Source of the DNA: Wickerhamiella versatilis
Taxonomy: Eukaryota
DNA: 64,000 bases
NCBI GenBank assembly: GCA_030867685.1
Contig: JAQOWU010000001.1
Location: 868,001-932,000 of the forward strand
Direction: 5' to 3'
Both the position numbers and the translations under genes were made by a program. Positions 55,833 to 64,000 of the stretch are shown piece by piece (position 1 is the first letter of the stretch; the number at the start of each line of letters is the position of its first letter). The notes below the pieces were generated by a model. It saw nothing but the letters and a program-made list of their open reading frames with translations, had not been told where the DNA came from and did not search any database.

Positions 55833-58036
55833 TTACTCTTTTTATCGAATAGTGATATCTAGAATTGCTCCTTATAACTAGCCTCTGGTAACCCTAGCCT
55901 AAGACTTCACGCATTATCCAATGTCTCAAACTTTAAGAGCGATACTGCCTATGGCTGCATCCAAGATATTTGTATTCAGAATGAAAATTATCAGCCCTCA
56001 AAGATCACAGCAATATTTGACTTCATCATAATGTGAGCAAAAACATTCTTACTTATCGCAAATATTTTGGTACCCAGGACAAGCCGATATAGATATTGTG
56101 TCAACTATCATTTCAGTATCACACCTGCCATTAGCATATTTGTTAGCATAAGTAGCATATGTCACATATTCCCTTTATTATTATCTAATATCGCGTGAGC
56201 ACTCCAGAAGTTACTATGCTTTTTCGATCGATCGATTTGTTTCAGTAACAAGGTACATCATTGCTTTCATGCTTTGCACAATCTTTTACTCATATTTCAG
56301 GGACTATTTCCTGAAGTAATGCCTAACTGTACTAGTTTTACCTTAAGCAAAGTAAGCTTTTGAATCCACCAAAGTGGACCTACCCACTTTCCTATTCTAT
56401 AATTTATAATTTCGTACATAATATGTAACTCTTAGTTTTTATTTATCATATTCAAGTTCGCTTAAGATGGTTTAAGATTCTGGGTTTCTCAACTAACTGC
56501 TAAATCAATTGATAAGATTCTATAATACCCTTTTATGTGAATAATGGTTTTATAGTAGTGAATGGCATAGCATAGAAACAGTTGAAGTAGACAGCCAAAA
56601 AAAATAGCTATGACTTGAGATATATCTTAAGTGACGGCTGCAAAGGTTAAGCAGGTAATCAATTACTATGTACTATGGTTTTTCGAATCACGTGCCAAGG
56701 AACATTTCTTAAGTATTTTTTATGTTTATTGCTATTAGTGACATGTTTTCAAACTTCACTTAACTTAAAGAGCTTGGTCACATTACGAAAATCCAAATAA
56801 GTCAGTGAAATAATCCTTCAAAGTAGACATATGATCCTATTTGAGAGCCTAATGCTCTATATAAGAGTACTAAATATCCAGACTAAGGCAACAATCGATT
56901 AATACTACTATTTCCCTGGTTAGAACGATATTCTATTGAGGCTGTCTCACATAGTTTGAAGCCAGCGTTGTACACACTGGTAAGCAGAGCATTTGTCATG
57001 TTTTGGGTATCGAATAACTTACTCACTCAAAATAGTCTGTCTAGGTAGTCCGCCCTATAAATTCTATGATCTTATACCAACTTGTTGAATTCTTGGGCCA
57101 ATGACCACAAAAAGAAGTTTATGAGGTGATATATAGATTGGTTGCTGAGTTTCAATTTTATTTCATCTATTCAAGGGAATGTTGCTTTAAGATACTAATA
57201 AATTTTTAAACTCAAATACAAGATAGAGTTTGATAGACAAAGTGATGTAATACATGACTCGAAATCAGTGTGAAATGGCTCTTCAAAAACTAGCAGACAT
57301 TCCAGGAATCTAACTCGGACAAGTCTTTTCCTTGGACGACGATTTGAAAACCAATAGATTGGATGATTGGTCAGAACACTTTGAAGCTAAGCCATGAATT
57401 AGATAATTCAGGATTTTAACCGTGAAGGTGTCGCATTTCATTAGTATTTTTTTAAGAATATTATTTGGCAACCTTTCGCTGAGCCTCTATTCTAAGTCTG
57501 GGAGATCCTAGGCCGTTTATAGAATAACAGTAACGACATTTTAAAAACGTAAGAAATTATTCAATCATTTAAGTGTCTTAAAGTAATATACGCAAGCAAT
57601 CATAGTTATTGTGACTGTCCAATGGGGCTTTAAGTCACTTCCATGAATAAGTGCCATATAAACTCTTAGCTACTCGGCTCCAGTATTATTTCCTATGGAA
57701 TAAAATTCTTGTAATAAATGAGAAACATAGGATGAAGTTTAATTATTCTGATTTTTCTTATGGTAGTATATTGATATTGAGGTCATGTTTACCGCTGAAG
57801 ACTTTAAGACAATAGCTAATAGCAAACCTCTATTTGAAATGCACGTCAGATGTCAAATTCACGTTAGCCGTATGCACGATGAAAGTCTTTTCGTCCAGGT
57901 ATCGCGCACTCAATACTTTGAAATAGATATAGTCTGAAACAACATAAGATACGATAGACAGGATGATTACCGATAGTTAATTACTTTGCGATACTATTTA
58001 AACAACGAATTTGAACCTCTCTAATCCATCCAAAAG

Positions 58037-58591
58037 ATGATCACACCACTAGTTCTCACGCTTTTCGAATTTAGTCTTGCTCTACCCAATCCTGTCACGA
58101 GCCAATTCTCTGGAGAATCAGAGGATTGTGAACAAGGTGACTCTATGGTAGCAAATGCTGCTCAGGCCCTCTATACTCAGGTTTCAGCAGCTGGACAACA
58201 CTTCGCCGAGAATCTCGAGAGCGGAAGCCATAACATTTTTCAAAGAGACGCAGCACCCACTCCGACTGATGTTTGGTCCAACGAATCTGAAGACTGTCAG
58301 GAAGGCGACTCAATGGTAGCAAATGCTGCTCAGGCCCTTTATTCTCAGGCTACAGCGGCTGGACAACGCTTCGCCGAGAATCTCGAGAGCGGAAGCCATA
58401 ACATCTTTCAAAGAGATGCAGCACCCACTCCGACTGATGTTTAGTCTAATGAGTCTGAAGACTGCCAGGAAGGTGATTCAATGGTCGCAAATGCTGCTCA
58501 GGCTCTATACACTCAGGCTACAGCAGCTGGTCAACGTTTTGCTGATGCTATCCAAACAGGAAACAGGCAGCTCGAAAAGTCTATGATATAA
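58037..58591 (+). CDS. Secreted tandem-repeat peptide precursor (about 2.8 x 56 aa), interrupted by in-frame TAG at 58442; possible pseudogene or readthrough
   Basis: Signal-like MITPLVLTLFEFSLA. 168-bp repeats start at 58115, 58283 and 58451. The frame continues 48 codons past the TAG to TAA at 58589-58591. Confidence 0.75.
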
Positions 58592-59995
58592 TGTATACCT
58601 GATAAGAAACTACCAATTTTTTTTGCAATGTTAGCTTCGTTATAGTCATAGCCTCAAATTCAGATCAACAATTTAGTGGATTTACATGCGTCAGATGAGT
58701 TGAACTTTTTTCGAAGCCTAATACAACGTTGCCAGTACAATTTCGAACTTGAGGGTATGAGGGCCAAAAATCAGGTAACCAAAGATAAGCGAGTATTACT
58801 GATCCGCTAGGCCTAATGCGAGTGCTGTTGTTTTGAGAGTGAGTTTCATGATCAACGCATGAAGAAAGCTGCTGAACCCCACAATACCTCCCATAAGAGA
58901 GATGTAAGATGTAGTTGCTATCTGAATAAGTATAGCTCCTACAATGGATTCCACGGGTGTGAACATAGCGAAAAAAGCTTGAGAAAAACGATATTGGTAA
59001 TTCTGTCTATCTACGTAAACACATGCACACTATTGGTCTAACGGAAATAGCTCGTGAGTCACCTACATTTTTCGTCATCCTCCAAATATGAAAATTACTT
59101 GTTACACTGAATCCTGAGTCGAGTTAACAATTAAATTCGTGCCATGTTTGGGATGAGGTGAGACCTCTCAATATCTTACTCGATAATGAAGCTTACGAAA
59201 TCTCCAAATTTCGCTTAGCTCTATTATGATTTACTAGTTTAAAAGTTCACTACTTCTTTCATGTACGTCAAGGTAACATACCCAAGTATCCATATATATA
59301 ACGTTGGATTATTTTTCGCTAGTTTGAATAAATCCAATCTTCAAATGACTCAACAAATGCCGGATTCTGGTCAACTGTTTATATTCTACATCATTAAACT
59401 TGTACATCTTGTCGTGTTTAGATCTCAAGATGATACAAATGCACTCTAGGCTGTTGTTATTTAGTAGGTACATTTCGATCCTGAAATACTTGATGTCTGA
59501 AACGATCAAGAATTTTTTTAGTATATTAATTTCCATAATAGTAATTCTGAGTCTCAATTCCTGAACCAGTAATTATACAATTTCTCAACTCACTCGATGA
59601 AAACTAAAATATTTCGGATTAAGATGCCTAAATTGGTGCCATATGTCACCTTTAACCATAGTAGACAGGATCAGAAGGCACGTTTACACCGTTACGAATT
59701 TCAAGACGCTAATACTCATTATCATTCCCCAATGCTTTGCGAGAGGTCAATGGGAACATGAATATCATAAAAAAAACTAATGGTAAGTACTGATGTCAAC
59801 AGAATATTACATAATACACATGCGGAGAAATTTCCTGAGAGAACGCGACACTGAGTGCAAACATGGTCAATAATCTAATAAACGGTAGTTTTTTGTAGTC
59901 TATGGTGATACTACCACATTGATCTTACATAACTAGGGGGTTGGGGGGCCATTCACCAGGTGAGTAATAAATCTCATTTATCATTTCCGCCAGAT

Positions 59996-61300
59996 ATGAT
60001 TGGATATGAAGGTGCTCAACCCGACTCTCAGAAGGATCACAGCACAAATGCAGATTTCTATGAGAACATTCCAAGTCAGGATTTTGCAATTGATGAAGCA
60101 GTAATCCCTGATGGTGGTTCTCAGGCATGGACGGTCGTTGTTGGCAGTCTGCTTGCGATGATGGTGGCATTTGGTGTTTCGAACGCCGGTGGCCCTATAC
60201 AGGAATATCTACATAATGACCGCCTTTCTGATATTTCTCAGTCTCAAATTGGGTGGATTTTCTCTTTGTATTTATTTCTGATGTACTTCGGAAGTGTTCA
60301 AACAGGTCCGGTATTCGATGCTTATGGCGTTCGGACTTTGATTATTCCAGGGTGTATAGGCTGGATTGCTTCTTTATTCATTTTATCTATCTGCAAAGAA
60401 TACTACCAATTTATTCTGGGCTTCAGTGTGCTGGGAGGTCTCACATGTTCTATGGTGTTCAACCCCGGTTTAACGGTGTTAGGGAATTGGTTCCTGAAGA
60501 AAAGAGGCCTTGTTACAGGTATCGCTGCAGCTGGAGGATCTATTACAGGTATTTGGGCACCGATTATGCTCGAAAAGCTTTTTCCTAAATTAGGATACGG
60601 CTGGACGATCCGAATATTCGCATTCATTCTTTTGGTTCTATCGGTCGTCACTTGCATTCTCTGCAAAGACCGCCACAGCACCCATTATAAGCCAAACTGG
60701 AGAGATGCAATGGTTGATTTTCGTAGTTTGCGTAACAAGGAATTCTCAGCCTGCACATTTGCGATATTCCTTGCTGAATGGGCTTACTTCGTTCCACAGC
60801 TCTATCTTGTCAGTTATGCACGAGATCAAGGTCTTTCGCGCGCATTTTCAAATACGCTAATCACTTATCTAAGTATTGGTGCAACAGTTGGTCGTATCAC
60901 CCCTGGGTTCTTGGCCGATCGATACGGTGCATACAATATCACTATATTGGCGACTTTACTATCTGGGGTAATATAATTTGCCATTTGGCTACCACTGGGT
61001 AGTACAAAGCCAGGAATTACAGCTTTTGCTGTGTTGTTTGGAGTCTTTTCAGGTTCCACGACCTCCATCACTCCACTTTGCGTTTCAGTTATCTCGCAAA
61101 CGAAGGATTATGGCAAGAGATATGGTACTGCCTATTCACTAGCCTCCATTGCTGCGTTGACAGGACTTCCAATTGCTGGTAGTCTTACCAGTAACAATTA
61201 TCAAGGGTTAATTATATTCACGGGTGCTGTATACATTGGGTCATCTCTCAGTTTTCTACTCGCTCGTTATTGGGCTGCGGGATTTTCGCTTGTTTTTTAA
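59996..61300 (+). pseudogene. Mch4/Mch5-like monocarboxylate-porter family MFS transporter with in-frame TAA
   Basis: PDGGSQAW, GPVFDAYG, NWFLKKRGLVTG, GRITPGFLADRYG. TAA at 60974-60976 is followed in the same frame by FAIWLPLG...DYGKRYGT... up to TAA at 61300. Confidence 0.8.
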
Positions 61301-61469
61301 ATTGATGATGTAGCATTGTGCCATGATGGTCTTTATTTTTCAAGTATTGAAATAATTCCACACCGGTTCTTTCCCGTATTTAATTAGAATCGAATCATCG
61401 TATATGGTTAAGCTATAGAATTACTGGCAGCGAGATCAAACCCATGTGGAGTTAGTTGAGAATAAATCC

Positions 61470-62405
61470 CTAGGCGGAAAGCGCATCAGGTCTAAGTGAG
61501 AGGACCTCGATGGGATCACCAATGCGGACAACGGTATTTGGATCACGGTGGGCCATATATCTGCCAAAACAAGGTCCACTACCTTTTTCAAGTACCCTAA
61601 ATTTACCCAATGAAGTATGGGGCTCTTTCGATTTACGGTACTTGCCTTCTTTTGTGTCAACAGTTGTGATTGCACACCTTGGCGTTGACAGCATAAGGAA
61701 CCATTCGTGGCTGCCGATTTTTAAAGTTTCCCAGTCATCCTCAACCCATGGATCTTCATTCTCGATAACTATATTTGGCCGGAAATTCTGTGGAGCCACA
61801 TTATAAGCTTGATCGGGGCCCGAGTCTAGATGCAGCTGCAAGGCTTCTAGGCTAGCACTTGTCACAAAATGACATGGAAAGAGGTCTTGAAATGATGATT
61901 GCATGTTCCGAGGCACGGATTTCGAGAACTCCTCCCATGCTGAGCGAGACTCCGGCGGAAAACTCGGGGCTTCACCAATAGTGCGCCTCACTTTTGGCGC
62001 TAGGAGACGAATAGAAGGTAAGACTTTTGGTTCGATTACTTCACTAAAAACAGAAGCAATATCGTACTTATCCGTAATGTCAAAACATTCGCAAATATTT
62101 CCATACATGTTCAGAGATACAGTCGGCTCCTTAATAAATACTTTACTTGGGTCAGTCGGTAGACGGAGCTCACGTCCATTATAGCTAACCACAATGCTAT
62201 CATTTTCGATTGCTGTGTTAACTAAAACAAGACGAGGTTCCTGACGCTGATTGAACGTCACCCATGGATCATCGTTACTTTTAGAAACCGTGGCCAGAGT
62301 ATATAAACGATCATACTTGAACCCATAATCATCTATCATACTCTCCTTCACCTCAACCCCCTTGAGGGACTTCACAGGATGTATGAAAATCTGGGATACA
62401 TGCAT
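61470..62405 (-). CDS. MOSC domain protein (mARC/YcbX-like)
   Basis: IFIHPVKSLKG, YDRLY, FQDLFP, NFRPNIV, EDDW, and the conserved Cys in PRCAITTVD. Confidence 0.9.
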   Translation of the reverse strand: MHVSQIFIHPVKSLKGVEVKESMIDDYGFKYDRLYTLATVSKSNDDPWVTFNQRQEPRLVLVNTAIENDSIVVSYNGRELRLPTDPSKVFIKEPTVSLNMYGNICECFDITDKYDIASVFSEVIEPKVLPSIRLLAPKVRRTIGEAPSFPPESRSAWEEFSKSVPRNMQSSFQDLFPCHFVTSASLEALQLHLDSGPDQAYNVAPQNFRPNIVIENEDPWVEDDWETLKIGSHEWFLMLSTPRCAITTVDTKEGKYRKSKEPHTSLGKFRVLEKGSGPCFGRYMAHRDPNTVVRIGDPIEVLSLRPDALSA

Positions 62406-62853
62406 CGCAGAACAAGATAATTAGCAATATTTTGCTCCAATTAAGAACTGTCTATTAATAATTTAGGCGCTGGGTATATGAATTAGCAAGAGATGAGATA
62501 ATCATGACAACCGATATGAAGTATCATAAGTTTATATCAGAGTGAGAGCAATGGAAGTCAATGGAAAGCATATCGACTGACAATTATAATGAGTAGTAGC
62601 TACTGATAAGCTCGATTTGCCACGTGGAGACAGTTTCCTATCTTATGTGAGTTGAGTGATATTAGTGGTTGTTTCCATTCTGTTGCTGAAAACCCTTTTT
62701 ATGTTTCTGCGATTATGTGATTATACGGAAAATCAAGCGAGTTCTTGGTGATTCCAGTACTCTATACGAAAATAACCCTGGTGCTGCTCTGCCTCTCCCT
62801 TATCTATATTGCTTCGTAATCGTGATTTGTCAGGTCTGATTCTTTCAATAGTG

Positions 62854-64000
62854 ATGCAGCAAACTGAAGGCTCACGAATTTCTGTGAGTAACTACCAATT
62901 TGCTAATTCTGACTACAGTGATGAATACGGTAGAGATGATAAGAAAGACCTGCAGGTTGTACGGGGCTCTAGTGTGGATTCTGGCGAGCAAGTTGACGTA
63001 GTCTTTGTGACGGACCATAAGGCTGAAAGGAAATTATGTCGAAAGTTTGACATAAGAATTCTTCCAGTATTAACCTTGATGTATCTTTTTAATGCTCTGG
63101 ATAAAGGTAACCTGGGGAATGCCAAAACTGACCATATGGATACAGATTTAAATTTCAAAGACAATCAGTACAATATTTTACTGTCAGTATTTTATATACC
63201 ATACGTTCTCTCTGCTCCCTTCTTCTCGATACTGGCAAAGAAGTATGGACCGAATCACGGTATGGCACTGATGATGTTTGTATTTGGTTCGATGACTATC
63301 CTAAATGCAGCGGTTCACAACTGGGGTGGCACGATGGCACTTAGATGGTTTCTGGGAATGGCAGAGTCTGCTTTTTTCCCTACAGTTATATACTACTTGA
63401 CAACATTCTATCGTCGTGGAGAGCTAGGGCGTCGGCTCTCGGTGTTCTATGCTGGCTTTAATATAGCCAACGCATTTTCAGGACTTATTGCATATGGAGT
63501 TTTTCAGATAGACGTGAAGTGGAATTGGAGGTACCTTTTCATCATTGAAGGTGGTGGCGCAATCTTGTTCTCTATCTTTGCGTGGTTTTACCTCCCAGCC
63601 AGTGCCGCAAAGGCTGCCTTCTTAACCGAGGAAGAAAGAGATTTAGCAATCCATCGTATTGAGATGGACAGTTCATCTACTGTCGATGAAAAGATGGTGC
63701 TCAAGGATTCTCTTGCCATATTCAAGGACCTGAGCACTTATGGATTCTTGGCCATAGAAATATGTGTTGGCGTACCACTTCAATCAGTTGGCCTATTTCT
63801 TCCTCAGATTGTGGCTGCCCTTGGATATGGGACAGTAAAGACTAATTTATATACCGTCGCACCGAATATTACAGGAGCAGTGGTACTTGTAATACTATCA
63901 TTTTCTTCAGACCTGTGCAGGATACGATTCCCCTTCATCGCAGTTGCTTTTATGCTTACCGTTATCGGGTTCGTTATATTTGCTGCAGTTCCTCTAACCT
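62854..64000 (+). CDS. MFS anion:cation symporter (Dal5/Tna1 family), truncated by window end
   Basis: Absent from the ORF track because no stop falls in the window. Manual translation from ATG 62854 gives ERKLCRKFDIRILP, LFNALDKGNLGNAKT, RWFLGMAES, FYRRGELGRR, WRYLFIIEG. Confidence 0.92.
   Translation, partial: MQQTEGSRISVSNYQFANSDYSDEYGRDDKKDLQVVRGSSVDSGEQVDVVFVTDHKAERKLCRKFDIRILPVLTLMYLFNALDKGNLGNAKTDHMDTDLNFKDNQYNILLSVFYIPYVLSAPFFSILAKKYGPNHGMALMMFVFGSMTILNAAVHNWGGTMALRWFLGMAESAFFPTVIYYLTTFYRRGELGRRLSVFYAGFNIANAFSGLIAYGVFQIDVKWNWRYLFIIEGGGAILFSIFAWFYLPASAAKAAFLTEEERDLAIHRIEMDSSSTVDEKMVLKDSLAIFKDLSTYGFLAIEICVGVPLQSVGLFLPQIVAALGYGTVKTNLYTVAPNITGAVVLVILSFSSDLCRIRFPFIAVAFMLTVIGFVIFAAVPLT

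Noticed and set aside
57254-57445. Coding-like fragment MTRNQCEMALQKLADIPGI*LGQVFSLDDDLKTNRLDDWSEHFEAKP*
   Set aside because: It has several stops and no recognisable family. It could be a relic, but this cannot be supported without a search.
58115-58560. 168-bp repeats considered as a CRISPR-like or mobile-element array
   Set aside because: There are no unique spacers. The unit is a multiple of 3 and varies largely at synonymous sites, so it is a coding repeat.
62884-62918. Intron-like GTGAGT...GCTAAT...CAG near the start of the last MFS gene
   Set aside because: The frame from ATG 62854 is open through it, and removing 35 nt would cause a frameshift.

Overview
Intron-poor budding-yeast (Saccharomycotina) genomic DNA with about 33 protein-coding genes. 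No tRNA, rRNA, CRISPR array or intact mobile element was recognised. Native fungal genes (two Zn2Cys6 factors, Mnn4-like, GPD1, arrestin, RTA1, DHA1/MCH/DAL5-type MFS transporters, two aldo-keto reductases) are interspersed with about ten genes of bacterial family type: M20 amidohydrolase, class III omega-aminotransferase, TetR regulator, adenine deaminase variant, YdcF/DUF218, PtpB/IphP-like phosphatase, sugar-phosphate isomerase/epimerase, two Gfo/Idh/MocA oxidoreductases and a YghA-like SDR. This mix resembles the HGT-rich Wickerhamiella/Starmerella clade, which is an inference and not a database result. The main leads are: (1) a compact amidohydrolase + diaminopropionate ammonia-lyase + Zn2Cys6 (+ aminotransferase) cluster whose promoters share a CGGAGCGG..GTCGG motif; (2) a bacterial TetR regulator with a P/Q/S-rich tail; (3) a secreted tandem-repeat peptide precursor with a TGG>TAG stop; (4) a bacterial-type SDR with a signal peptide and sequons; (5) a dispersed keto-sugar/inositol-type oxidoreductase-isomerase set; (6) a GPD1 with an NADP-type fingerprint. 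All family calls come from motif recognition by eye.
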